A stretch of DNA of 64,000 nucleotides from Lama guanicoe (lineage: Eukaryota), in contig MU053588.1 of the NCBI GenBank assembly GCA_013239625.1, positions 273,988 to 337,987 of the forward strand, given 5' to 3'. Positions 40,290 through 54,340 of the stretch are shown one piece after another. Position numbers and translations under genes: made by a program. Positions within the stretch are counted from its first letter, which is position 1, and every line of letters begins with the position of its first letter. The notes below the pieces were generated by a model. The model saw only the letters and a program-made list of their open reading frames with translations, searched no databases and was not told the DNA's origin.

Positions 40290-40820
40290 TCTAGATCATT
40301 TATATTTAATCTGATAATTGATAAAAACCTCCCATCTTTCCACTTATTTCCCACCTGTTATTTGTTCCCGTCTCCTCTTTCTGACTTCTTTTGGATTGAA
40401 TATTTTTTTATGATTCCATTTTATCTCCCTTGTAGATAATTAGCAATAACTCTTTGTTTTGTTGGTTTAGTGGTTGCTTTAGGCCTGAGAGTGCACATCT
40501 TCCACTTATCATATTATCCATTAAAGTGATATTATATTACTTTCCATAGAATTTTGGAAACTTTACAATAGTTATTTTCCATTTACTTCTCTTCTCCTAG
40601 CCTTTGTGCTACTGTCGTCATACAAGGTGCTTCTATAACTGTTTATAAATATAATATACCTTAATATATACAACCGTAACTTCATTGTTTTTAGTTTTGC
40701 TCAAACAGTAATTTGTATTTTGGTGAGAATTAAATAATAAGAAAATAGTCTTACATGTTAACCCTGTAGTTACCATCTCTGGTGCTCTTCATTCTTTGGG
40801 TAGATCCAGATTTCTTTTTG
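40290..40820 (-). mobile_element. Old LINE-1 fragment
   Basis: tttggattgaatattttttatgattccattttatctcc...ccatctctggtgctcttcattctttgggtagatccagattt. Confidence 0.65.
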
Positions 40821-41569
40821 TTACCCAAACACACATAAATTAGGACTCTTGAATTTTCCCTTCCACTGACTAATATTCTGTTCACCTTTTTTTAAAGCTT
40901 GTTTTCTTTGTGTCTATCCTAGCACTCAAACAGCATCTGGCACACAGTAGGTGCTTTCTAATCGGATACCACAGGGCAGAATTCCTCACACAAATACACA
41001 TCCATTAGTCTAATCCTCACACCCTGCCACACACGCTATCATACCACGATCCTACTCCACTCTCCACCAGTCAGTCCCTTTCTCTCATTGCACATTCTCA
41101 TATGCAAATGTCACACATACAATAACACAATCACACACATGGTCACGGTAATGCACCAGACTCACCCCAATACACAGAGTTTTGCATAGTTACTCTTACA
41201 GAAACACGATGCGACAGAATCAAAGGATCGCGCACCAACTCACAGTCAGGTGACAGAAACTTAAATAAATACCTAAAATATAAACATCCTTGTTCTTAGA
41301 GGGTATAGAGTCAGGTTAAAGAGCTGAAGGGGTGTCTGGAAGAAGTGTAATTAGGGAAAGCCTCTTGGATATGTGACATTTGTATCTGAATGTAGGGAGT
41401 AAGGGAATTTTGAAGATACCTGGCAGAAGACCCATTTTAGGAAAACAGGGACACATTCACACTCACTGTCACCAAATCACAAATACAGGAACCGTATGCA
41501 AAGTACAACACTCTCTACCCTGACCCCTCCCCTCCTGTCTTCAAAGTAAACCTTTCTCTGGGCAAGAAC

Positions 41570-42500
41570 GCCCTAGAGGAGGTGGTACTGGGCCGAAGCA
41601 TAATGCACCTGCGCACTCAACTCTCTGCTGCCCCACCACACTTTTTTCGGGTCCCTCAGCTCGAATATAGAAACTCGCTCCTCACCCTCTTTACGTAGAC
41701 GCGCGCGCACTAGCCGCGCCCACACACCAACCCCGCCCCCTGCGGCTTTCAATTCTCTGCCGGGTTGCTAAGGGAGGTGGACAGAGCGCGTGTGCCTCCG
41801 CACTTAAATCCCAGGCCGACTGGTGTGACGCTCGGCGGACCCCGGTTCGGAGCTGGGAGGAATCGATTGGGACGTCCAGGCACCCTCTGCAGGGCCAGGG
41901 AGAGGTCGGCGTGGCCGGAGCCGGGGCAGATGGGGTGGTGTTACGTGCTCCCAGCGGAGCGGAGCTGTGGCAGTTAACTCCGCTGCGCCGGGGCCTTTTC
42001 TGGTCGGGACTACATTTCCCAGTGGCCCCCGCGAACCCTGGGCCCGCGGCCCCTTTGTGTCCTCCGGAGGCCGAGGCGCTTCTTTCCGGGCCCGCAGAGG
42101 CTGGGTTCCACCAGATTCGGGGCAGGAGGTGGGCCCGAGAGGAGGTCACCCGAGCCTTCCGGGCAGGGACCCGGTCTTCCGGCAGTTCAGTTCAGCAGGT
42201 AGGAAGTGGGTTGAGGAGCGGACTGTGGGACACCCGGACGTCGTTCCCCGGGCCTTCTCTGTGACTCTGCATGTGAGACGGTGGTTGATACCTTCGGTCC
42301 GTAAGCCTGTCACCCGATGTGCCTTTTCACATGATATCTGTGTGACTGTGGGTGCGAGTGAGCCGATGGTTGGTGCCACAGAGTGTGAGACTGTGAGTCG
42401 GGGTGGGAGGGACTCTCTGTCCCCCAATGTTCCTGTATCCTCGGCCTCTGTGACTGGAGTGTGTGAGTGAGACCATCGGTTTTGATACTCTAGTATTTGA
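41570..42500. promoter_or_regulatory. CpG island / promoter 2 (ZNF570 5' end)
   Basis: CpG-rich. CCCCGCCCCC at 41731-41740; NRF1-like GCACCTGCGCA at ~41605; ACTACATTTCCCAGTGGCC at 42009-42027; CTTCCGG ETS-like motifs at ~42156 and ~42176; candidate exon-1 donor CAG|GTAGGA at 42198/42199 followed by a GT-rich tract. Confidence 0.88.
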
Positions 42501-43084
42501 GGCTTGGGGCTTTGGAAGAGGGTGACAGTGTGAGACTGCCCGTACCCATGGCCGCTGACTGATTTGTGTAAGACGGTGGTTGGCGCTGTAGTTTTTAAGA
42601 ATCTGTGAGTGAGTGTGTGTGTGAGTGTGAGTGTGTGTGTGGCGGGGGAGGGGGTCGGAGAACTGAGACTGCCACCAGTATCTAAGCTAGCCAAGTGATG
42701 CCAGTGTGCCACCAAGTTTCAGAACCATTGATCTACTGGAGAGATGAAAGTAGAGTCAGAAAGACCTTTATCTGATTTTGGTGCTGTTATTTATTAGCTG
42801 TGTTTCTTTATGCAAACGATTGCATTAATCGGAGTCTTTTGTTTGTAAAATCTAGAAAATCTGTTGTTAAAATAATAAATCTACAAGTGATGTAGGGACC
42901 GGTCTCCATTATGCTTTCTCTCCATTGGAGGGAAGGGTGCAACAGAAGGAAAGAGAAGCCAAAAAATTCTAGGCTGGTGATTCTGAATGCTGCAAGGAAA
43001 GCCTAGTTTCTCACCTTCTCTTCCCCATCTCACTCATCTAAGGACACTGCCATTTCCCTATAAAAGAGCCAAGGGGAGGAAAGA

Positions 43085-43117
43085 ATGGCTGTTGGACTTC
43101 TTACAGCTATGTACCAG
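43085..43117 (+). CDS. ZNF570: ZNF570 start-codon exon, coding part MAVGLLTAMYQ (exon ~43043-43117)
   Basis: agaATGG Kozak context; donor CAG|gtgagt at 43118; acceptor ctaag at 43042; matches recalled human N-terminus MAVGLLKAMYQ. Confidence 0.92.
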
Positions 43118-43169
43118 GTGAGTTGGTGTTTTCTCTTTTCTGAAATACTTTCTTGCTTTTCAAGACAAG

Positions 43170-45580
43170 CAGACATTAATTGTCCTTCTGTGGAAACTTT
43201 TCTGGATAACCAATCATGTCACTTCTTAAACCCTCCAATAGATTCCCACCTCATTCAGGATAAATGCCGAAGTCCTTGCCTTGGCCTATAAGCCTTACAT
43301 AATCTGGTCCCTGGCTGTGCCTCTGACCTCATCTAATTTTTCTCACTCTGTCTGTGACTCACTCACTCAGATCCAGTTACACTAACTTCCTTCTACCGAG
43401 TTGATTATATTCTCAACTCATGGCCTTGCACTTACTGTTCTGTCTGCTTAGAATGCTGTTCCCTCAGTTACAGACCAACTTCAGTCTCTGTCCAAATGTT
43501 CATTCATTAAGCAAATTTTTATTAAGCACCTAATTAACTAAGAGTGCTTAGTCCTTGTCTTCCTCTCTGCTGTAGCTACACTCAGTCATTGATCACATCT
43601 AGTATCATGGCTTTAAATACCATCTGTATGCCAACGACTACCAAATTGTATACAGCCCAGAACTCTTGTCCAGAAATCCAGACTTATATATCTACCTACC
43701 TTCTCAGTATCTTCATTTGGTTGTGGAATGGACACCTCAAATTCAGATGTCTCAAACTGAGTGAAATGAGCCATTGGAAGTTTTGGGGCATAGGAGTGGT
43801 ATGATCTGATTCCCATTAAGGATCTCTCTGGTTGCTATTGAGAATAAGTTGAAAGGACAAAAACAGGAAAATCAGTTAGAAAACTCTTACATACTTCCCC
43901 ATCTCAGATGTTCAAGTTAAAAGTCTTCTATCAGGAAGTTCTGTTTGTCCTACTTGCAAAACATACCCAGAATCTGAGCACTTTTTACTACCACCAGTTT
44001 CCATTCTGGCCTAAACCATCATCTCACCTGGATTATTGCTGTGCTCTCCTAACTTGTCTCTTGATTTATACCCTTACTGCCTTTAGTCTATTCTCAACAG
44101 AGCAGCCAAAGTGATCTTGTTAATATTACATCATATTATATCATTCCTCTTCATTGCAGGGAGGGAATTAATAGAAAGTATAGACAACTCTTTCAAATAG
44201 TTTAGTAGAGGGGAAGAAGAGATATGGGTGGTAACTGAAGGAGAAACTGTGGTCAAGGTTTTTTTTAAGATGGGTGTATGTCTGTGGGCTGATGTGAAAG
44301 ATTCACTAGAAAGGGAAATTGAAGATGAAAAGGAGAGAGGAGGGAATTGTTTGGACACTACTTAAGTAGCTGAGAGGAACTGAGGTCTGCTGTATAAGTG
44401 GAGGGGTTGGCCTTTGCTAGGAAGGTGGGCTGTTCATTTACAATAATAGGATCAACTCAGAGTGTATGGGCACAGATGCAAGTTGATGTGTAGATGTGGG
44501 AGTTCATGGAAGTTCTCTTAGAATGGCTTTTATTTTTTCAGTGAAACAAAACAGGATCTTTAGCTGAGTGTAACGATGAGGAAGGAGGTATTGACTATTT
44601 GAGGGGAGAGAAGTAAATACCAAATGACGGTTTAGGAGAGTGGGGGAAATGAATGGACTAAAGAAATGTATCATGTAAGTAGATAGGAATGTATCATTTT
44701 GGCCCACTCAAAGTTAGTGATCATGAATATAATGTGAGACCAGTTAGCATGGTTGGTTTGATTTCTCCAGCAAAGTTCAACTGTGCAGGGTACAGAAAAA
44801 GAGTATGCTGAGTGATGCGTATGGTTTAACCAGGTGAGTACAGTGAAGTCAGAGGGGGCAGGGAAGTTGAGGGTGTATGCTTGGGGATGTTTATAACAAA
44901 TGGTTGTTCTAGGAATTGAAGGTACATGGGGATGAGGAACAGTGAAAACATGGTAAGATCAACGATTTGTAAGTTCTAGTGGGGGCAAAGGATTATCCTA
45001 ATTTGGGTACCAAGAGGGCAAAAATTGGAATATAGAAGGTGGAAGTGAGAGTGGGAACGTTGAGATTATGGAGGGTTTGGTACTTACAACAAGGTCTAGG
45101 GCATGATTGTGGAAGTGAGTGACTGTACAAATGTGGAGGATGAGATTACTGGAGGAGAGAGGGGGTCAGAGAACTGAGAGGCCAGGTTGTTGGGAGGGTT
45201 ATTTATATGGATATTGAAATGACCAAAGATTATGTATAATGGGAGTAGCATTGAAGAGCGTGACGGTGAGCCAGATGCTGAAGGGTTCAAGGAATGACAG
45301 AATTGGTATCTATGAGGATTCGGTAGATAACTAAAATAAGGAGGGATAGTGGTATAGCCTGATTTCATGAGACTGAAAACTAAGTGTCTTTTAGGGAAGA
45401 GGGTTGAGTAATGGTATGGAAACAAGTACAAGGAACAAAGAGGTTACCTACCTCTCCTCCGCATGCTGTGGTACAAGGGATGTGAGAAATAAGACAGTTA
45501 CCTCATGACAGGGCTTCAGGGGAACCAGTCTTCTCCGCTGGGAGCCATGTTTCTATAAGGGCAAAAAAGTGAAGGGAACT
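43170..45580. mobile_element. LINE-2 fragments (plus strand ~43.2-44.15 kb; long minus-strand copy ~44.17-45.58 kb)
   Basis: catggctttaaataccatctgtatg; ctcacctggattattgc; reverse copy aagtatagacaactctttc...ggatattgaaatgaccaaaga. Confidence 0.72.
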
Positions 45581-46430
45581 GTTGACTTTCTATAGACAGG
45601 TTTGGTTATAATTATGAATGGATCTTGAAACCAAGTATTGGGTTAGAGGTCAGATATTTTAAGAGGTTCTTTGTTAGAGGTCAAATATTTTAAGGTTAAA
45701 ATTTAAGCATTGTAATTATTTTCATTGATTGTATAAATTAACTCAAGGAATCAGTGAAAAAATGTGTGTCATATAAAAAAATTTTTACATTTGTTACACA
45801 TATTTACATAAGCTAAGGAAAACATTTTTGGAAGCATGTATACGTATGAACCAAACCTTAACAGGAGCATTTCTGCAATACATGAGGGATGGTATTGCTA
45901 GAGTGGAGAGGGAGTAATTCACAAACTACTGCATATGATTAAATAAGAAAAAAAGTAATTGAGTGTTGAAAAACACTTTAAGAATTTTTACTTTGTAGAG
46001 AAATTTTTTAAACTATGACAAAATTGTGTCAAATGCACAATAAAAAAGTTCTTCTGCCTTGACAGATTCACCTCTTCTAATTCTGTAAAAAAAATTTATG
46101 TGTGTGTATATATATATGTGTATGTGTGTGTATGTATATGTATATATATGTACATATATATATCCACACACATAATGTATGTTAGTTTATCAAGTGGTCA
46201 CATTATAGAAACCTGGCACCCAGCTGAATCATAGCATAGCTCCAAGTTTCTAAGAACTTTGCTCAGTTCCTATAGGCAGAAGCAGTATTATGAGTGGTAT
46301 AGTCATTTCTTTATACAAAATTTAGGTACTCTGGATTAAAGTATTTGAATTTTAATGGAGTTGATGATTTGTTTTGCTTGGTCTAGCACTGTTTCTGGAG
46401 ATACAGCAAGCACTTTCTGGTCTCATTTTT

Positions 46431-46459
46431 TTTTTTTTAAAGTATCTTCCACATTTATT

Positions 46460-46500
<41 letters not shown>

Positions 46501-46578
46501 ATTTTTTATTGATTTATAATCATTTTACAATGTTGTGTCAAATTCCAGTGTTCAGCACAATTTTTCAGTCATTCATGG
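46431..46578 (-). mobile_element. Young 5'-truncated LINE-1 tail with two A-rich tracts
   Basis: Perfect 15-bp TSD TCTGGTCTCATTTTT (46416-46430 / 46579-46593); minus strand reads atgaatgactgaaaaattgtgctgaacactggaatttgacacaacattgtaaaatgattataaatcaataaaaaa, (AAAT)n, gtggaagatacttt, then A tract. Confidence 0.85.
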
Positions 46579-46624
46579 TCTGGTCTCATTTTTGACCCTC
46601 TTATGCCTTCTTGAAATTTCCAAA

Positions 46625-47163
<539 letters not shown>

Positions 47164-47474
47164 TGAGCCTCTACTCATAATGGGCACTTTGCTCCCACCA
47201 TTGTGAATTTTTGGATAGCATCTGGTGTGCAGTCAAGCACAAGGTCTGCTGCCTATGCTAAAGTAACGGATTAATATTTGTGGAGTTGGCAGTAAACAGG
47301 TCTATTATTAATCTATGTCAGAAGCTTCAGCCTCGCTGTCCTTTGAATATGTGTCCTTATCACATTCTTCTCTGGCTTTCTATAAGCTCCCTCTTCCCTA
47401 ATGATCAAAGAATTGGGTGTGAATTGTAGGATATCTACAGCATGAGCAAATTCTTTTTCTTTTCATATATACAG

Positions 47475-47570
47475 GACTTTGCTTTTCTAAACCAAGTGTG
47501 ATATTATTGTTGGAACAAGGGAAGGAGCCCTGGATGGTGAAGAGAGAGCTGACAAAAGGCTTGTGCTCAG
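47475..47570 (+). CDS. ZNF570: ZNF570 KRAB-B exon (96 bp)
   Basis: atacag|GA CTT TGC; (G)[31 protein letters not shown]; donor gtgagt. Confidence 0.95.
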
Positions 47571-47859
47571 GTGAGTGGGGATAAAATAGGCAGGCAGAAA
47601 CCTTTGGAGGTGACAGCCCAGCTTAACTCAAAGGTATCACCTCTTCACTCTTCCTTGTTGTTGACATGTTCTCAAATGTTCTAGGTATTAGTAGAAACTT
47701 GAGTCCTTTTAGGGTGTTCTCCCAAAGTTATTATTCTAAACTTTCTCTCCTTTCACACTTTGCCTTCTCTTATCTGTTGTCTGAGTCTTATACCTTCCCA
47801 GTTCCATAAGTCTTTTCCAGTCTTAAACTTTTGAGCTCTACAGACATCTATAACTGCAG

Positions 47860-48020
47860 TAACAAGTTCAAATCCTGACACTTAGGTGCAGTGAAAGTTT
47901 GGGCAAGTTACTTAACTTGTCCGTGCCTTTGTTTTGTCATCTGTAAAATGGGATAATATTTTTAAAGTGCTGTCAACAGTCCCTATCTCATACTCTAAGC
48001 TCAAAAGCTGTTAGCTACTA
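47860..48020 (+). mobile_element. MIR SINE
   Basis: gttcaaatcctgac...ttgggcaagttacttaact...catctgtaaaatgggataata (MIR core). Confidence 0.8.
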
Positions 48021-48589
48021 CTTTATAGTAGAAGTAGTGTACCTCTAAATGCCTCATTTTTCTCTTAATGGTCAGTTCATTCATTCCTTTAACCAACATT
48101 TATTGAATTTGTACTTTAAACAGGGTTCTTGGAAGATGCTGTGATGTTATACATTTATAAAAATAATCAAATAATTGATAGACTTGTGGCAGAGATGTAA
48201 TATAGCTATAAATGGCATATGTGAAAAGAAAGTTGACATAAAGGAAGTTCAGAGAGGTGAGAGGGGACTCTGGTTAACTGGGAACATGATGGTCTTTAAC
48301 AAAAACAGGTTAGAAGCTAGAAAACATTTGAGGGAGAAGAGATTAAGAGTTTAGCTTTGTGGTGTAGGAAGGATTTTCAGATAGACATAGGAAGCATTAA
48401 GGTAAAACGGAGGACTAAAGTTCAGAAGAGGATTGGGGTCATTGTAAATATCTCTGTCAACACCACTCCCCAACTCACCCACACTCCCACCCCCAACCAC
48501 TAACTCACCCCAATCTTTTATGTTTTTATTCAGTTTCCTAAGAAAAAATTTTGATGTGAAACTGTAGTATCAGAGAATATATGGCTACA

Positions 48590-49995
48590 TTTTATTTATT
48601 TATTATTGTTATTAAATAAACCACACACACATATAAATAAATATTAGCCTATATATATAGCTTAAGTAATATACCAAAACATATGTACCTACTTCTTAAC
48701 TTGGGAAATAGAACATTGTCAATGCTATTTTAGGCCCTTGAGGGCCCCTGCCTAGTGATGTGCCACTCCCTACCCTTGGCCCATCCCTAGCCTAGGGAAC
48801 TACTAGGGTAACCACTATCCTACAATTCGCTTATCATTTCTTGACTTTTCTGATAGTTGTGCCATATATCCCTAAACAAAATATTTATATTTATGTATTT
48901 TCAGTTTTTTATGTGTGGAAATATACTGTGCATATAATTCTGACTTTTTTCCAACTCAAAATTATATTCCTGAGATTCATCCATGTTGATTTTAGTCACT
49001 ATTTTTTATTGAATTTTTTTTCTGTTGAAATGTAATGTATTCCACTGTGTAAATGTATCCATTCTCCAATGGATTTGTTGTTTGTTATTCTCCAGCATTT
49101 GTTATTGGTTATTTGAGTTATTTCAGTTTTATGTTATAAATGTTACTGCTGTGAACCTTACTACATGTGACAGCTGGTACACGTATGCTAGAGCTCTTAC
49201 AGAGACTATAGCCAGGAATTTACTGGATAATGCTATTTTACCTTCCAGAGTACTGGTACTAATTTACATTTCTAACAGTTGTATGTGAGAGTGTTCATTG
49301 CTCCACACTCAGAATTGACAAATAGTAAAATTTTTGCAAATTTGGTGGGTGTGAAATATTATCTCCTTATACTTGTCACCTGACTGTCCTTGATAAATAT
49401 AAAAATTTGGCTTCTTTTTATGTTTATAAATTGCCATTTGGATTTCCTTTTCTCTGAAGTGTCTGCTCAAGTCCTTTGTTCACTTTTAGGAATATATAAA
49501 TAAATAAATAGAGAGAGAGAGAAGTAGAGTTGATACACAATATTATAATAGTTTCAGATGTACAACATAGTGATTCAGTATTTTTATAGATTATACTCCA
49601 TTCAAAGTTATTATAAAGTATTGGCTATATTCCCTGTGCTCAATATATCCTTGCTGTTTATTTATTGTATACATAGTAGTTTGTATCTCTTAATCTCTTA
49701 CCCCTGTCCTGCCCCTCCCTGATACTCTCTCCCCACTGTTAACCACTAGTTTGTTTTCTATATCTGTTTCTGTTTTCTTATATTCATTTGCTTGTTTTAC
49801 TTTTTAGATTCCACATATAAGTGATAACATATAGTATTTGTCTTTCTCTGTCTGACCTATTTCTCTTAAGTATAATACCCTCCAGGTATACTAGGGTTCC
49901 TCTTCTCCACATCCTCGCCAGCATTTGTTATTTATGGTCCTTTTGATGATAGCCATTCTGACAGGTGTGAAGTGATACCTCATTGTGGTTTTGTG
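48590..49995 (-). mobile_element. LINE-1 3' fragments (old L1M-type ~48.6-49.5 kb; younger 3'UTR ~49.5-50.0 kb)
   Basis: ggtaaccactatcct; ttcctgagattcatccatgttg; tttttagattccacatataagtgata. Confidence 0.7.
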
Positions 49996-50044
49996 TAGCT
50001 TATATATATATATTCAATTATATACATATATAATCAATATATAT

Positions 50045-53000
50045 ATATTTTATTGAACTATAGTTGATTTATAATATGTTAGTTTCAGGTATATAGCAAA
50101 GTGATGCAGATATATATATATTCTTTTTCAGATTCTTTCCATTATAGGTTTTTAGAGGATTTTGAATATAGTTCCCTGTGCTATACAGTAAATCCTTGTT
50201 ATGTATTTTATATATAGTGGTGTGTATTTTTTAATCCCATATTCCCAATTTATCCCTTTTCCCTTTTCTCCTTTGGTAACCATAGTTTTTTTTCTATGTC
50301 TATGAGTCTGTTTCTGTTTCAAATAAGTTCTTTTGTATTATTGTTTAGTTTTTTCAAGTAAGCAATATCATATAATATTTGTGTTTCTCTGTATGACTTG
50401 CTTCACTTAGTATGATATTCTCTGGGTCCATCCATGTGGCTGCAAATGGCAATATTTTATTCTTTCTTATGGCTGAGTAATATTCCATTGTATGTATGTA
50501 TATGTATGTATACACACACCACATCTTTGTATGTATGTCTATATATATATACACACACACACCACATCTTTTCCCATTTATCTGTTGATGGACACTTAGG
50601 TTGCTTCTATGTCTTGGCTGTTGTAAATAGTGCTGCTATTAACATTGGGTGCATGTACTTTTCGAATTAGAGTTTTTTCTGGATATATATCCAGGAGTGG
50701 GATTGCTGGATCATATAGTAAGTTTATTTTTAGTTTTCTAAGGAACCTTCATACTGTTTTCCATAGTGGCTGCACCAAACTACATTCCCACCAACACTGT
50801 AGGAGGGTTCCCTTTTCTCCGCACCCTTTCCAGCATTTATCGTTTGTGGACTTCTGAATTATGGCCATTCTGACTGGTGAGGGGTGATACCTCATTGTAG
50901 TTTTGATTTGCATTTCTCTGATGATTAGCAATATTGAGCATTTTTTCATGTACCTGTTGGCCATTTGTATGTCTTCATTGGAGAATTGCTTGTTTAAGTC
51001 TTCTGCTCATTTTTGGATTGGGTTGTTTGTTTTTTTCTTATTAAGTTGTATGAGCTGTTTATATCTTCTGGAAATTAAGTCCTTGTCAGTCTCATCTTTT
51101 GCAAATATTTTCTCCCATTCTGTAGGTTGTCTTTTTGTTTTGCTTATGGTTTCCTTTGCTTTGAAAAAGCTTAGAAGTTTAATTAGGTCCCATTTGTTTA
51201 TTTTTCTTTTATTTCTATTGCTTGGGTAGATTGCCCTAGGAGAACATTGCTGAGATTTATGTTGGATAATGTTTTGCCTAAGTTTTCTTCTAAGAGGTTT
51301 GTTTATAGTGTCTTGTCTTCTGTTTAAAAGTCTTTTAGCCTTTTTGAGTTTTTGAGTTTATTTTTGTGTATGGTGTTAAGGGGTATTCTAACTTCATTGA
51401 TTTACATGTAGTTGTTCAGTTTTCCCAACACCATTTGCTGAAGAGACTGTCTTTACTCCATTGTATGTTCTTGCCTCCTTTGTCAAAGATTAATTGACCA
51501 AAAGTTTGTGAGTTCATTTCTGGTCTCTCTATTTTGTTCCATTGATCCATATGTCTGTTTTTGTACCAGTATCATGCTGTTTTAATTACTGTAGCTCTGT
51601 AGTATTGTCTGAAGTCTGGGAGGGTTATTCCTCCAGCTTCATTCTTTTTCTTCAGTAATGCTTTGGCGATTCTGGGTCTTTTGTGATTCCATATAAATTT
51701 AAGGATTATTTATTCTAGTTCTGTGAAAAATGTCTTGGGTAATTTGATAGGGATGGCATTAAGTCTGTAGATTGCTTTGGGTAGGGGCCATTTTAACAAT
51801 ATTTATTATTCCAACCCAAGAACATGAGATACCTTTCCATTTCTTCAAGTCATCTTTAATTTCCTTACTCAGTGTTTTTTAGTTCTTCACATATAAGCCT
51901 TTCACTTCCTCGGTGAGGTTTAGTCCTAAGTATTTTTTGTTTTTTGGATGCTAATTTAAAAGGGATTGTTTCTTTACTTTCTTTTCCTGTTGATTCATTG
52001 TTAGTGTAAAGAAACGCCACTGATTTCTGTATGTTAATTCTATATCCTGCTACCTTGCCGAATTCTTTTATTAGCTCTAGTAGTTTTTGTTTGGAGCCTT
52101 TAGGGTTTTCTGTATTTAGTATCATGTCATCTACATATTAATGACAGTCTTACCTCTTCTCTTCCAATTTGGGTCCCATTTATTTATTTTTCTTGTCTAA
52201 TTCCTATGGCTGGGACTTCCAATACTATATTGAATAGAAGTGGTGAGAGTGGGCATCCTTGTCTTATTTGATTTTAGTGGAAAGGCTTTCAGCCTCTCAG
52301 TGTTGAGTATTATGCTGGCTGTAGGTTTGTCATAAATAGGTTTTATTATGTTGAAATATGTTCCCTCTATACCCACTTTGGTAAGAGTTTTTATCATAAA
52401 TTGGTGTTGAATTTTATCAGATGCTTTTTCTGCATCTATTGAGATGACCATGTGATTTTTGTCCTTTCTCTTGTTGATGTGGTGTATCATGTTGATTGAT
52501 TTGTGTATGTTGAACCATCCTTGTGCCTCTGGAATGAACCCAACTTGATCATGGTGTATGATCTTTTTTATGTGTTGGTGGATTCCGTTTGCTAATATTT
52601 TGTTGAGGATTTTTGCATCTGTGTTCATCAATGATATTGGCCTATAGCTTTCTTTTGTGGTAGTGTCTTTGGCTTTGTTATCAGGGTGATGATGGCTTCA
52701 TAGAATGAGTTTGGGAGTATTCCCTCCTTTTTAATCTTTTGGAAGAGTTTGAGAAGGATTAGTATGAGTTCTTCTTTGTATGTTTGATAGAATTTCCCAG
52801 TGAAGCCATCTGGTCTTGGACTTCTGTTTGCAGGGAGGTTTTTTTTATTGCTGATTCTATTTCACTTCTAGTGATTGGTGTGTTCAAATGATCTGTTTTT
52901 TGTTGATTCAGTTTTGGTGGACTGTATGTTTCTAGAAACTTGTCCATTTCTTATAAGTTGTCCAATTTATTGCCATATAGTTGTTCATAGTATTCTCTTA

Positions 53001-53530
53001 TGGTTTTTTGTATTTCTGTGCTGTTGGTTGTCTCCAATTTCATTTCTTATTTTGTTTATTTGTGTCCTCTCTCTTTTCTTCTTGGTGAACCTGGCCAGAG
53101 ATTTGTTGATTTTGTTTACTCTTTCAAAAAACTAGCTCTTGGTTTGATTGATTTTTCTATTGTTTTTTAAATCTCTATTTTATTTATTTCCTCCCTGATC
53201 TTTGCTTTCCTTCTGCTGACTTTAGGTTTTGTTTGTTCTTCTTTTTCTAATTCTTTTAGGTGCTAGGTTAGGTTGTTTATTTGAGATTGTCCTTCTTTTT
53301 TGAGGAAGGCCTGTATCGCTATGAACTTCCCTCTTAGGACTGCTTTTGTTGCATCCCACAGATTTTGTGTGCTTGTGTTTTCATTGTCATTTGTCTCAAG
53401 GTATTTTTAAATTTCTTCTTTGATTTCATCATTGACTCATTGGTTTTTAGTAGCATGTTGTTTAGTCTCCATGCTGTCATTTTTTTTTTTTGTCATTTGT
53501 TTTTCTGTGGTTAATTTCTGGTTTCACAGG
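50045..53530 (-). mobile_element. Relatively young 5'-truncated LINE-1, ~3.5 kb (most of ORF2 plus 3'UTR), disabled
   Basis: RT remnants in the ORF track: 52197..52631 ([28 protein letters not shown]), 51865..52125 ([21 protein letters not shown]), 50749..50964 ([18 protein letters not shown]). Confidence 0.93.
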
Positions 53531-53545
53531 ATTAAAAAAAAATCT

Positions 53546-54340
53546 TGCAGTGAGTTTGTCAAACTGCAAAATCCGAGAGGACAGTGCTCCACAAGATTGC
53601 ACTTATTTCAGACACCCACTGAAAGCTGGGGATCCTCAGAGCCACCCTCATTTCTGACCACCTGGCCACAAATTTGGGAGTGCCTACAATCTCCCTCAGG
53701 TTTGATAATTCACTAAGACTTACAGAACTCAGGCAAGAGCTATATTATGATTACAGCTTTATTGTAACAAAACAATACAAATCAGAACCAGACAAAAGGA
53801 GAGACACCAAGGGCAAAGTCTGAGAGAGTGGCAAATGTGAAGCTTCTGTTGTCCTCAGGGCCCACCAGGCACCTTGATATTCAAAAGAATATTGCCAACT
53901 AGGGAAGCTCTCTTGAGCTTTAATATCTAGAGTTTGTTTTGGGGGGCAGTGGAGTGAGGGTGGGGTTTTTTCATTTGCTTTTGGTTTTGTTTTGTTTTGT
54001 TTCATTATGTAGGCATGACTGAGTGGATCATAAACCAATTTGACTCAGTCTCCAGCCTTCCTTCCTTTCCCAAAAGTCAGACTGATATCATGGTGGCTCA
54101 AAGGTCCAACTTGCTAGTCATGTGGTTGGTCTTTCCAGCATGGCTAGCCTTCAGCCTGAGTCATCTTGTTAGCCAAACTATCTAGGGGCTCATCATAAGT
54201 CACCTTACTAGTGTTAATTATCAGGTGTGGTCCAAGGAGCTCACGATGACTAACAAAGACATTACTTCCAGGAGTTCAGAGGGTTTAGAGGTTACCTCCT
54301 GGGAAACAGGGACAAAGGCCTGCCAGATTCTTCATTATGC
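53546..54340 (-). mobile_element. MER21-like LTR
   Basis: ccaccctcatttctgacc..ccctcaggtttgataattcacta..acagaactcagg..tacaaatcagaaccag..gggacaaaggcc. Confidence 0.7.

Noticed and set aside
41691..42715. GC-rich ORFs of 100-190 aa in the CpG islands (also 32144..32895)
   Set aside because: Expected stop-codon scarcity in GC-rich DNA; low-complexity Ala/Gly/Pro/Arg content; no recognisable domain.
45642..45694. 22-bp direct repeat GTTAGAGGTCA(G/A)ATATTTTAAG at 31-bp spacing
   Set aside because: Two copies only, consistent with a local slippage duplication; no evidence of function.
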